This document shows, piece after piece, positions 36,598 to 48,478 of a stretch of 64,000 nucleotides of DNA. Source of the stretch: Patellaria atrata CBS 101060 (lineage: Eukaryota); the NCBI GenBank assembly GCA_010093705.1, contig MU006089.1, positions 2,715,561-2,779,560 on the forward strand, read 5' to 3'. Positions within the stretch are counted from its first letter, which is position 1; the number at the start of each line of letters is the position of its first letter. Below the pieces are notes generated by a model. That model did not search any database, was not told the DNA's origin, and was given only the letters and a program-made list of their open reading frames with translations. Position numbers and translations under genes: made by a program.

Positions 36598-36767
36598 CTG
36601 CAAAACAGTTCCCACCCCTCCGGGGAGGGCATGGTACATCTGCTGCCCTCAACTTAGGGCCCGAGATATGGGGGCTTTTTGCCCCCTCGGGGAATCGACC
36701 CCGGGGTTGTCGAGATATGCCCAGTGGTAACGACCACTGGGCTACCCCGGGAGATGGTAACTGATTG
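36598..36767 (-). ncRNA. Candidate Pol III-transcribed, tRNA-headed structured RNA or SINE-like element (unassigned class)
   Basis: GC-rich island with at least 5 stems, A-box TAGCCCAGTGG (36744-36734), B-box-like GGTCGATTCC (36700-36691), upstream TTATAA (36780-36785), downstream T10 and T11 runs (36597-36588, 36584-36574), and complementary 5'/3' ends. Confidence 0.55.
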
Positions 36768-38034
36768 CAAAACTATTGCTTATAACTCATTTGCGGAAGG
36801 AGCCATCGGGAGAGTGTTTGAGCTGTTTGTATCCATTAGGAGGTATTCACTTGGCTCTCATTATATAACTTATTCACTGACTCTTTCTTGAGATAGATGG
36901 AACATATTTCTTCGAAATGATACTTTCATATTCTCTAACCAACATTGTCAAAAATAACTCAAGAGCATACTCCGATATCTGGGTATTACAGTAATAGAAC
37001 CGATGGAACGAACAAAAAAAATAGCAGGAGTTGCGGCAATCAGTACGGTACCGCGAAACAGTTACCTTGACTCCAACTTTACAAAACGGGACCTGGTTGC
37101 TCGGCTCTCTGGATTTGAAGTCACCCTACAAAGGTATGTTCAAGCGAACAGGTTATACATCTGAACATCTCCTTTGACTGTATCAGCAAGGTCAAAGACA
37201 AAAATTTATGTTTTGGTATAGAGCCTTATACTCACATGACAATAATCTAGTACAAGAGATTCTTCTGATGGTGAACACAGTACGGTATAGTCAAGTAATT
37301 CTGTGTTAGCTGACAACTGTTCCCGCTACTGTGACTAGCGAGTAGTGGAGAAAATTTGAAGAAGGCGAGAGCGAAAAGGAGGGCCGAACGGTAGAGGAAG
37401 AGGAGCATTTATCACATGAGAGGACTGATGATAATCGCAAGCTTATTAATTACATATTCATCAGCATATTCATCTGCACGTACTTGATCCCCAACAACAC
37501 TCCGAATGACGAAGCCTGGTAGTAAATGCAATCTCATCACCCACATCATTACACCCACCGCCACCTTCAACCTATCCAAACACCTTTACCAGACAGTGAA
37601 CAGCCAAACGCGTAAATATCCGCAAAATTACCATCCAACGCCACTGCCAAACACGAAAGACCTAACACCAAATTTTCAATCCCTCACACGGGATGAACGC
37701 AGAACGAATGAGGATCTAAACGGAATCTTGAAAAAAAATAAATGCCGTCCCGACACAATATGATTAAACACCGATTAATGCTGCTGATGAAGGAGGCCGT
37801 GACAAGTCTAAGGTATCAAGTTGGCCGTAACATCTAGAAATCTAAAGAAAGATAATGAGAAACGATAACGATAGATAACGGGACGCCAAATATGGTATGT
37901 TTAATGACGCAAATGATGGATGATGATGGAGGAGATCGAATATTCATCTAATCGATGGAACCCCACCCGATAGTTAAGGTACTACAAGCCCAGTGTGTTC
38001 TTGGGATGGAAAAGGTTAGAATTTTTGAAGGGGA

Positions 38035-39422
38035 CTAAAATGTGCTCCACAACCAGTCTCTTGGTAAGCTCCCGACAAAGCTTCCAACTTTCTGATTCTC
38101 CGGTTGCACACTGCCCGGATTGGGATTTAGAAGAGGGGGTCTGACAAGCATGGTCGGCGTGGAGCTATCAGCACTACAAGCGGAGCTTTCACTGTTGCTT
38201 CGGCTGATACTTCTTTCCTGTTGCCATTTTTTATAGTCAGACCAACAATAATCGCAAGCTCTCTGTAACGTCCCTTGGGGATGGAAGGCGGCAGATTGAT
38301 TGAGTTTGACGGTATGCGAACTGTGTTGACTGCAGAAAATATGACCACATCGTCGACAATGATGACGGCGTTCCCAGAAGGAGAAAAACTTGGTGCAGGT
38401 CGCCAGGTCACAAACAGGAGTTGCCGAATCGAGCTGGTAAAAATGTTAGTGGTATTTCCTAAAAATCTTTCTTTATTCTCTTAGATATCAACGACGACTG
38501 AGATTAAATTATTGGGAAAATGATCGACAAAGGTATTTTCGCTTGGCTAGTACGGAACGCACTGAAACTAGCGGGAAAAGAGGTAAATGGAGAATGAGCC
38601 GAGAAAACATTCGTACGTGACACCCTGATGGGATGGCGCCATCTGTACCATGAACTTGAAACGCGACTCCGATTGTACAAAAACTCCATGATGCCTCGAA
38701 GAGGTTGATGCATAGAGTCAATATGCATTTCACTTCAGAGATGGAAAATCAAACAGCGCGATGAGCTCTATGCAGAAATTGAAGAAAAGTCGATTCGCCA
38801 AGACGGGAATATGAAAACAGAAGTAGAGAGAGACTGCTCTTTTCGTAATGAATTCAATTGGTACACTATACCTGAAATGCAATACACTTCAAGGGAAAGC
38901 TGACAAAGAAAGAATGAGGTCTTAACGTACCTTCCAATGTTCTCTCGTTGGTGGTCCTGTCACCGGTCCTACGACATCTGGGTTCCACTCATCGATTATA
39001 ACCCGATTTATTCCAGATATATATCCAGAGTCAGTACTAGTTCGAGATACATGTCCTCCCACGAAACCTGAACTACTCTCTCCACCGTCTATACCGTCCT
39101 GCTTGTCCTTTGGTGGCGAATTTCTAATAGGCTTCTCTGTTGGCCTTAAGACTGCCGGAACGTATAGAGGGGCCTTTGGGGGACGAATCTGTCGAGAAGG
39201 ATAGGGTAAGATGTTTGAACTACGAGGTGATGTAGGGGAGAGTCTCGTTGGTGTAGAATCCCCAGAGTGTTGAGTGGGCGCATACTGGTTGCCAGGACCA
39301 AAATATTGCTGTGGGAAAGTTGGAGGAGGAGTAATGACCCCAGGAGGATTTGCATACTCAGCTGTCATTGTGGGAAGATGTTGCTGAACTCGTCGAGTAC
39401 CAACTCTATCCTCAGACGACAA
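38035..39422 (-). CDS. FYVE zinc-finger (PI3P-binding) protein; 2 exons
   Basis: Exon 1 ends PTREHWK. After intron 38930-38434, exon 2 reads LDSATPVC...RRHHCRRCGHIFC...RACDYC...DWLWSTF*. Start may instead be ATG 39368. Confidence 0.88.
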
Positions 39423-40526
39423 TGAGGGTGTGGTAGAGGAGGTTGAGAGGTGACAGTGGTGTGGATATATCGACCAGATATCTTTTGGATCGTCCCCCAG
39501 AAAATTATATTGGGAACAGGGAGGTCTGATAACTTCGGGGAGACAAGGTTTGGGTGATCTTGACGCGGAGGGAGGGATTGGATCAGAGATGCACGATTTC
39601 TGGGGACAAGCAAACAGCGGCGGTCTTTTAGGAGTAATGATGAGAGGCTCTTAAGGAATCCAAGCGGTCTGTAATTAACACCCTTGAGCTGGTCTATACA
39701 GCTACCTCTCGCCGTCCTCCCCCGGTGCGCTCTCAAAGATATGGAATGGTCCTATGGAAATACGGCGATTGGCGCAATGTTTGGGCGCTGGGAGCAGACG
39801 CGGTGGGAGGCGATAAGGGAGGGACCAAAGACCCTTGAGTGGGTACACAAACGTCACCGTGAGAAGCACAGGAAGGCTTAAGGACAGTCCACACAACGCT
39901 CTCTCTGTGCCTTCACCGTCGCACAGGAAGTTGTATAAATAAATAATGAAAGCATGTTGAGGAGAAGACAAAAAAGAATTGAAGGTGTACGAAAAGTTCT
40001 TGGGACTTGGGTGGTGGTGGTGTCCGTTGAGGCGGCTCTACCGCTTCTGGCTTCATGGCCACCGGCCGAATCATCAATCGTCAAGGGAATTTGGCGCTAT
40101 CGGAACGGTGATCCTTGGCACTTTAGAACTAATATTCTTTTGGGGAACTGGTCTTGCTTTCCGTAGGAAAAGTAGGTGTACTCATGAAATCACCTAGTAT
40201 CTTGTTTCTACCTATACATGAAACGCGGAAGATGGTATGAGAATAATAGAAAGGATTGATCGGATACTCTGAATATTCCTAGATAAAGATCGCCAAATAC
40301 AAGTAACACAAGAGGTCAGTGTAAGGTGTTGAGAACTTGAGATCAAGGATGATGCACTCTCCCTGCTTCCTTCCCGAGTTTTGGGCATGCGACTTTGGCG
40401 TTGGACAGCGTTCATGGATATCCCAGAATATGTTCGTCGCAAAAGTGGTCTAGCGTGAACGTCTTATCTACACCCAATAAGAAATCTCAGAATTACTCAA
40501 AAGGGCCCATCCAATACGGGCCGCTT

Positions 40527-40554
40527 TTCCACGTGACCGTCTCATCACGTGGAA
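40527..40554. promoter_or_regulatory. Perfect 10-bp inverted repeat carrying two CACGTG E-boxes
   Basis: TTCCACGTGA-N8-TCACGTGGAA in the divergent intergenic region between the FYVE gene and the fatty alcohol oxidase gene. Confidence 0.4.
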
Positions 40555-40586
40555 GAGAGCCGAAAATCCTTCCCGAAGTCAAGATT

Positions 40587-40617
40587 AACCCGCACCAACC
40601 CGCACCAACCCGCACCA
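40587..40617. repeat. Tandem repeat (AACCCGCACC)x3
   Basis: Three exact 10-bp units read directly. Confidence 0.85.
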
Positions 40618-41471
40618 GTCCATTTCTTAAACGTAACATGTCCCTTTATGTTGAAGTTAAAAATGTAAAAGCGTGAAACCTACACGTTCAGACAAGCCAT
40701 CAAGGATAATTCCCCTAACTTCTTTTTGCCAGAGTAAGCCACACTGCGGGAGCCAAGATATCAGCACTTTCAAATCTCCGTAAAGGGACTTTCGGCACGA
40801 ACTGGCGAGATCTTGACAAGCCATAACATGCAGGTGGCAGCAACAACAGCAGCAGACATGGATGAGATGTTCACAACTGTCAACTGCAAAGCCTTGCCCC
40901 TCATCCCCAGATTCTGCCCCTCTCTCTACGGTACGCGTACAGTACCAATGCTATTTACCAGTTCTACAATACTTTAGCGAACTGCAGAAAAGCAAGCTGC
41001 GCATCCTCCATCATTTGTATGGTCAATTGTCTGTCTCAGATTCCATAATCTCCGCGTCTCAAACACCCTTGGGGATTACGTCGGACGGGGGGCCTTTGTT
41101 CCTTTCAGACGCTTGAGTGAAGCTTGCGTAGCCCAAAATGGCAGATCTTCGAGAACATCATGTTCAGCCGTGATAGCTAACATGCTCTGTAAAGGGGGTT
41201 TGCGTGCAGAGGAGCTTAATAAAAAGCAAACTTCGAATCTCTATGCTTATTGAGTATTTCTATTTTGTTTCTATATGGTAATAACCATATCCCATTTCTC
41301 TTCTTACAAACATCACATTGCTCTCATCTGAATTGCAAAAATACTCGTACTGTACCATTGCCTGTCCAGGCCTCGGCTCATTCATGTGCTCCCTGGCACT
41401 TCAATCTCTATAACAGTCCGCTTATACCTCCTCTAGACCATCAATCAATTCAGCCGCCATAGTCATCAACC

Positions 41472-43823
41472 ATGTCTTCCATATCAGGAACCGCTATGGT
41501 TCCTCCTACAGCAATTCCCCGTCCTCCACTACCGGACGTGGATCCTTTAACACCAGAACAGTGGCGGACGATTTTGGCCATCGCAGACTCCGTCATCCCG
41601 TCGATTAAACCGGCGGCAAGTTCGCACGAAGCCTCGACGAATCTTCCTGTTCCGGATAGCGAGTATTCAACCGCATTATCGACAATCCAAGGGAGCTCTA
41701 GTGCGCGAGAAGAACTAGCAAGGCACTATCTAGAGGAATGCCCGTCGACCAGTCAAGACTTTAAGAATGCTCTTACTGTCCTCTTTAGCAGAACTCTTCC
41801 GGAACAGGGCAGAAAGACATTACTTGTAATCTTGGATCTGTTAAAGTATGCGCTCGTAACTTGTGATGCAATAAAGTCACCGCTAACAGCTCTCGAGCAA
41901 TCGTGTATCATCTCTGTTACTTACAGGATATGCTACTCCAATTGCTGAACAGCCGGTGAATGTGCGTCACGAGATTATCAAAGCATGGGGCATTGGAAGA
42001 CTGGGGCCCTTACGGCTAATCCAGCGGTCCCTAACTATGCTTTTCAGAAATCTTTGGCTCAAGAACAGCCCCACGGTAGATCGTGTTCTATCTTATCCCA
42101 GGACTCCTGAAAATGGGAAGAGAAACGATAGTTTTCCGTATGAATTCCTCCAATTCAGCGCCGGCGATTCTCCAGTAACACTCGATACCGATGTTGTTAT
42201 CGTCGGAAGTGGGTGTGGAGGTGCTGTTGCAGCAAAGAACTTGGCGGAAGCAGGTCACCGAGTGGTTCTTGTAGAAAAGGCATATCACTGGACCTCTGCT
42301 CATTTTCCCATGAATCCTGACGATGCTGCACAGCACTTGTATATGAACAACCAGTTAATGGCTTGTGAGTCATCACCATGCATGAGTTCAAGATCTGCAA
42401 CTTACATCTAGTAGCGGATGACCAAAGCATCAGTGTATTTGCAGGTCAAACCTGGGGAGGCGGGGGGACAATTAATTGGTCTGCGTCACTGCAAACTCAA
42501 GGGTTTGTGCGTAAGGAGTGGGCTGATGAAGGTCTCACATTCTTCACATCTGCTGAGTTCCAGAATTCACTCGACCGTGTCTGTGACCGTATGGGAGTCT
42601 CCACTGATAATATCCAGCACAACCCAGCAAATAGAGTACTTCTAGAAGGTGGTAGGAAACTAGGTTACGCCGTCAAGCCTGTTCCTCTTAACACTGGGGG
42701 TAAGCAACATTCTTGCGGGTACTGCTCTACTGGGTGTCCCTCTTGCGAGAAGCAAGGTCCTGTAGTCTCTTGGCTTCCGGATGCAGCGCGTGCTGGAGCA
42801 GAGTTCATTGAAGGGTTTGATGCTCAGAATGTCGTCTTTGATACTATCGGGGGTAAGAAGATGGCAACAGGAGTAAGAGGTGTATGGCGCTCCCGGGATA
42901 AAGGCAAAGGTGTCAATGGTAGCGGCGTAATCTCCAGGGAGGTTTTTATCAACGCCAAGAGGGTTATAGTCTCTGCAGGGACACTTCAGAGTCCTTTACT
43001 TCTTCTCCGCTCTGGTCTTACCAATCCCCAAATTGGACGAAATCTCAAACTACATCCGGTTTCCTTGATGGGTGGTATTCATAAGGAAGAGACGAAACCA
43101 TGGGAGGGATCCATTATCACTGCGGTTGTTCATGAATTTGATAACTTGGACGGCGCAGGACACGGAGTCAAAATTGAGACATCGGTCGGACAGCCAGCTT
43201 CGTTTCTTGTATTCTTCCCTTGGAAAGGGGGCTTGGACTTCAAAGTTTTCGCGTCCAGACTCAAACATATGACGAGCATTTTCTCGATGGCTCGTGATAT
43301 AGGATCTGGTTACGTGTATCCGGAACCTTCAACGGGCCAAGTGAAAATAAGTTATACAGTATCGCCACAGGATAAAAAGCATATATTAGAAGGTCTTATT
43401 GCATGTGCAAAAATTCAGTATGTAGCAGGGGCTCAGGAAATCTTTACAGCAATACCCGGAGTGTCAAGATTTATCCGAGAGAAATCAAATACTAATGATG
43501 ACCACGAAGGTATCAATAACCCTAAGTTTCAAGAATGGCTCGCAGAGATAAGGAGGGCCGGGTTCCCAGCGCCTGAAACTCCGTTCACATCCGCACATCA
43601 GATGGGTACGTGCCGCATGGGCGTCAGTCCTCGCAATAGTGTTGTGGATCCGAAAGGACAGGTTTGGGGCACAGAGAGTTTGTTTGTAGCTGATGCCAGT
43701 GTCTTCCCAAGCGCGAGTGGTGTCAACCCTATGATCACTAATATGGCGATATCAGATTGGATCTCCAAAGGAATTGCAAAAGGGTTGAAGAAAGAGGAGG
43801 GATTTGAAAGTGCTCGATTGTAA
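41472..43823 (+). CDS. FAO1: Long-chain fatty alcohol oxidase (GMC oxidoreductase), peroxisomal
   Basis: DVVIVGSGCGG, GGGGTINWS, CGYCSTGC, SAHQMGTCRM, SGVNPMIT and C-terminal ARL (PTS1). Introns at ~41846-41897 and ~42366-42412. Confidence 0.9.
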
Positions 43824-46650
43824 ACGAAGGGGATACAGCCGTAATGGCTGTATAAATTGACAGGTTTCTATCAAACATCTCCTTTTGTGTGTTTTGAATA
43901 AGGTAACTGTTAGTTCAGGGGACGTCGCCCATGTTACATATCGATGTATATTCTAGCTCATTGTCACGTTGTATAGTACATCCATGGACTTCGTCTACAC
44001 TTGATTCGGTCTTTCGGTCTACACGTCAAATTCTCCGTTTTGGTCACTTCTACTATTGCTTTCCCTCTTTTTCGCATAATTAGGCATATGGCTGGATTAT
44101 GTTGAACATACAAAAGTCATTCATCTCAAACGTGGTTCATTTGACATGAAGGGTTCGAAATCTATTAAATGTGGACCCCGACCGTTTGATTCGTGTGAGA
44201 TACGTCGTTCTTCTTTATTCAGTTATATTATCTTCTCCTCTTACTCTTGAAACTTTCACATAAGTCTCCCATTCTTTGATTACGCATGACTTCTGTCTTC
44301 AATACTTGTGTGTCTTGAGTAATCATAAAATCATTGTCATCAAAGGAGAGCGGGAAGTCTCTCTCGGTGAGGATGCGCGTCAATATTCATCACTTCACAA
44401 TCCACTTGGGGTCGGTTTCTTTAACTATTCACTTTACAGATGTTTTCTGCTTCTTTAACCATCATTACCGTTCAGAACAGAACCACACGAGAATAAATAT
44501 TTCTAACTACTGACTGTGGTCGAGGATCAAGAGTGACAAGAGATCAACTCCAAGAAATGGGCTGTTGCTTATTTCGCCATCCATTCCCGTGCAGAAACGC
44601 AAGGCGGGCGTTGCTACCCGGTTCTCGTAAATGACCATTCCCGCAGAACAGTCCCATATTGTCCACAGAACTATATGTCCGAATGCTTCTGATTGGAGCG
44701 ACTGTTCAAGAGTTCCCCAGTTTTTAAAAATGCGGGGTGCGTCTTTTTAAGTTGTACCGCCTTGGCGCTCATATGAGTGGACGTAATATATCAAGGACTA
44801 CGCTATAAAAGATCTTGAAATAAGTGCGAATAGTAGGAAAAGCTAATGGAAATAGGATATAACTGTCAAAAGACGTAGAATTGTGGAAGAACTATCAAGA
44901 TTTATCGATGAAGCCAATACGGAAGCCTTGTTCATGTCAGTAGCCAGTCATCCGATTTCCACTCCAATAGGGTGATGTACGAGGTTTATTTCATTCTTCT
45001 CGGTACAGAATAAATTGCTATCAGCACACTTCGTTATACCAGTTTTTCAGCTTTAAACCATACGGGATCAATACTAAAGTGATCATGACGGCAGTTACAC
45101 TGTATCAGCAGCTCTTTTATCAACCATCGCGTCAGCACGTGTGTCATATAGTTACCATATCCTTTAGTGAATATATGCTAACAGTAGCATAGTTGCTTAT
45201 GAACTGGCCCCACGACATGTGTCTCTGGTACGTGTTGCACAGTCTCTAATAAGTGATAGTCAGTGTCTTCCATGCGCAAATGGGGGGCATGTCGTCACCC
45301 ACGAAGAAGTCAACAGCCATGGGAACCTCAACTGTGAAGCCCACAGCTACGGAACCGGTTGGCAACATTCCCACTGGTATTACCACCGTCTTTTCCCCAG
45401 GCCGAGGGTGAAAGTAGGCTGCCAGCTCCTTGGCTAGTCACTGGTGCATTTGACGGATGAAGAAATTGGGCGAATGTCTACGATCGTAGAGTCGATTTAA
45501 AAGACGTGCTGCAACGTGATAATTTACGACCCCAACCATATTGACTTGGCTCACTCTAATGTTAATGAGCTTGGATGAACACCTTGATTTTGAAACTTCG
45601 TGTTCTTGCTGACACAAGCCATATCATATCGTCATACGACATCTGGTATTCGAGGATTGTTAATGTCTCATATGTTTCTACCTTCAAGGTGCTGGATTTG
45701 TATGGATGCGTGTGTATCTATCTCTTTCTCATCCATGCACTTTAGTCTTGGCTAATTATATACTTACACCCACAAGATAGCTATAGTGAGTGAAAGGCTA
45801 ACCTTGTGCAAGCATCCTGTAGTTCTAATCTAAGGAAAGCCTGACCTACCTGTGCGCATCAGCGAGATCTGGCTAAGACCTAAAACTGACAGTACTCCAT
45901 GATGTGTACAGCAAGCGGACAAGGACCAAGAACAACCCTTTCTGATAGAGGGGGAATAAATTCGAGGTGGAGACTTCCGCAGACGTAGGACGAGCTCACA
46001 ATACTCCTCTGCAATGCCACAATCTGTACAGTGCGTGGGTGACTTTAGTAGATGCATATAGAGTTATGCTCCAAATGTATGAAAATAAAGATACTCTGTT
46101 ACTTAAATTATAAACGTACAGAAAGGTTTACGGGATGTTGAAAATTTTCCTTCAGCCCTGCCAGGCTGTTGCGGGAGACCCCGTGCAACATGCGTCATAC
46201 CGCCGATCAGTTATTCGTTTGCGGCCTTATGGGCCTGAATCGCCAACGGCTGGATCACACCTGGGAGCCTTCCGATTCGCCCTCTTCCGGAATCCAGATT
46301 CATCACTGTGATGCCTTGTTGCCACCAACGCTGCGATCAGGGTCCTTACTGAGCGCGTCTGACGGGTTTGACCAAAAATACCATACCGTGCATGACTGCC
46401 CTGAATTTTCAGGCTGTTGTCGAACCTTTGGTTGCAAGAGTCATTATTAGAATTAGCTTTCGCAATTGCTACGTCTTAAAAGCTTATTTATGACTCCTAC
46501 ACCCATCACGGCTTCCTTCCGGGCAATTGTCATACTCAAGCACCACGAAGCACCGTCGCCTTGTTCATACCACTCAATTCCGACATCCACGAGAAAGAAA
46601 CAAACCGCTTCCTGACCTTCACGGACATCGAGAAACATCACATCAACACC

Positions 46651-47490
46651 ATGTCCACCGAATTCATCTCCTTCCAGCCTCCCCCGGGCGACGTCTTCAC
46701 CCACTACGACCGCACCGCTCCCTTCTCCTCCCAACCGTCCAACATCCCCCAAATCTTCAAAGACGCTATGAAAGTGCGCGAAGAAGTCTTCGTCAAGGAA
46801 CAACACTGCACTCTCGAGAACGAGCTAGACGAAGACGACCCACGTTCCTTCCACTGGGTCGTCTACGCGTCCGTCGGACAGAAGAGCGATTCCCCACAAA
46901 ACACTCACCGCGACCCCATCGCTACGGACGGAAATGGCAATAACGGAAACGGTAACGGTGCGGGAACACAGGAGGAAGAACGCCGCAAGAGCGAGACGAC
47001 GGCTACACGCATGCCCGTGGGCGTGGTCAGGTTGGTTCCGCCACCTCACCCTCCCCACCCCACGCCGGGTAGCTCGCACGCGATGGACAACTCCGAGGGC
47101 GCTCCTCCGGTCGCGGATCCGTCGAACCGTACCTCCATGCACGACGGTGTGGAACCGTATATCAAGCTCGGCCGTCTAGCTACGGTGCCCGTGTTCCGTG
47201 GAATGGGACTGTCGAAGCTGCTGGTGAACAGCGCTTTGGATTGGGCGCGGGACAATCCTGAAGCGGTACTTCCACCACCGAGCCCAGCCGTCAAAGAAGC
47301 GGCAAGGCTCGATGGGAAGGGCGAAGAAGAGGAGAGGTGGATGGGCCTTGTACTCGTGCATGCGCAGAAAGCTGTCGAGAAGGTTTGGAAGAGGTTTGGA
47401 TTCGAGACGGATGAAGGAATGGGGATCTGGTATGAAGAAGGTATCGAGCATATTGGTATGTGGAGGAGGTTGAAGGTTAAGGAGATTTGA
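46651..47490 (+). CDS. GNAT-family acetyltransferase (ElaA/YjcF-like)
   Basis: VREEVFVKEQ..ENELDEDD, KLGRLATVPVFRGMGLS, VHAQ, EEGIEHIGM. Confidence 0.85.
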   Translation: MSTEFISFQPPPGDVFTHYDRTAPFSSQPSNIPQIFKDAMKVREEVFVKEQHCTLENELDEDDPRSFHWVVYASVGQKSDSPQNTHRDPIATDGNGNNGNGNGAGTQEEERRKSETTATRMPVGVVRLVPPPHPPHPTPGSSHAMDNSEGAPPVADPSNRTSMHDGVEPYIKLGRLATVPVFRGMGLSKLLVNSALDWARDNPEAVLPPPSPAVKEAARLDGKGEEEERWMGLVLVHAQKAVEKVWKRFGFETDEGMGIWYEEGIEHIGMWRRLKVKEI

Positions 47491-47912
47491 GTATGTTATG
47501 ACCGAACGATGGCAATGAAAATTGAGGGTAGAGGGTCATGTTAGTATAGGGCTGGAATTGCATGGTTTGGCGTCAGGTATACCCCATTCGTTACACTGAT
47601 GAGAGGATATGGCACGGATTTCTGTATAAAGGCTTATGACTTACGATCAACACCGTTATGATAGCGGTAGAAGTATGGTTTCTTCGAGATCCTAAAGTCC
47701 GAAATATTCAAAACGCATATAACAAATAAAATTGCGTTTCTTCTACCAACTCCGCCTTTAGCAAGATGTCAGAAGTAGATCTTTCAATATGTAAAATATC
47801 ACCACCACACAACCCTCCCATTCTCTCACCCGGCTCCCTTTCCTCAAGGGCCGAAATCCCCACCCTTACCAAATAAGAATCCCAAAAAAAATGTAACCCG
47901 ATAGTGGGATTT

Positions 47913-47998
47913 TGCCGAAACCCAGAATTGAACTAGGGATCTTCGCATTGACTCGAATGAAGTACAAGTGCGACGCGTTACCACTGCGCCATTCCGGC
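47913..47998 (-). tRNA. tRNA-Thr(UGU) with a 14-nt intron
   Basis: Cloverleaf: GCCGGAA/TTTCGGC acceptor, TCGCA-CTTGTA^A-TGCGA anticodon arm with intron CTTCATTCGAGTCA after position 37, CCTAG-TTCAATT-CTGGG T arm, and an oligo-T terminator about 22 nt downstream. Confidence 0.95.
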
Positions 47999-48478
47999 TG
48001 GAATATATGGTATTGGGTTAAGTAGTGGGTGAACAGGGATCAAATATATTGATAATATATTCAGGACAGGTTGGGAATATAGGTGGGGTTAAGTTTTCAA
48101 CGAATTAGGCCGAGGGGTTGAGAGGGCGGTGAAGCAGGGTGAGCGAGTACGGAGAAGTTACATATACTCACTACGGTATATATTACTCACATATCTCTCG
48201 AATATATATAATTACCTTGAGCGTATTAGTTGCTATGGAATTCGCATTGCTTTGTGCTCGTACTGATGTTGCATGTAGTCCCTACTATATGTCTATAGGG
48301 ATTGGGAGTAGATATAATTTAACAGGATAGTTATTTAACTTCTAAAATAGATAAAAGGTTAATAGCTAACAGTATAGAGATTTAAAAGTATAATCGTCCG
48401 CAGGGGTATCTTCCATCCAGCTTTCCATCTCCCAAACGCCCCATGATCCAATTGAAATGCTAGCGATTCCCACTCCTA

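Noticed and set aside
36686..36755. Bona fide tRNA (Asp/Glu-like) or tRNA-Sec
   Set aside because: 6-nt T loop, no acceptor-stem pairing and no anticodon arm; reported instead as an unassigned structured element.
38260..38285. Apparent frameshift in the FYVE exon
   Set aside because: On recount the run has four G (plus strand), and the frame reads FHPQGTLQRACDYC without interruption.
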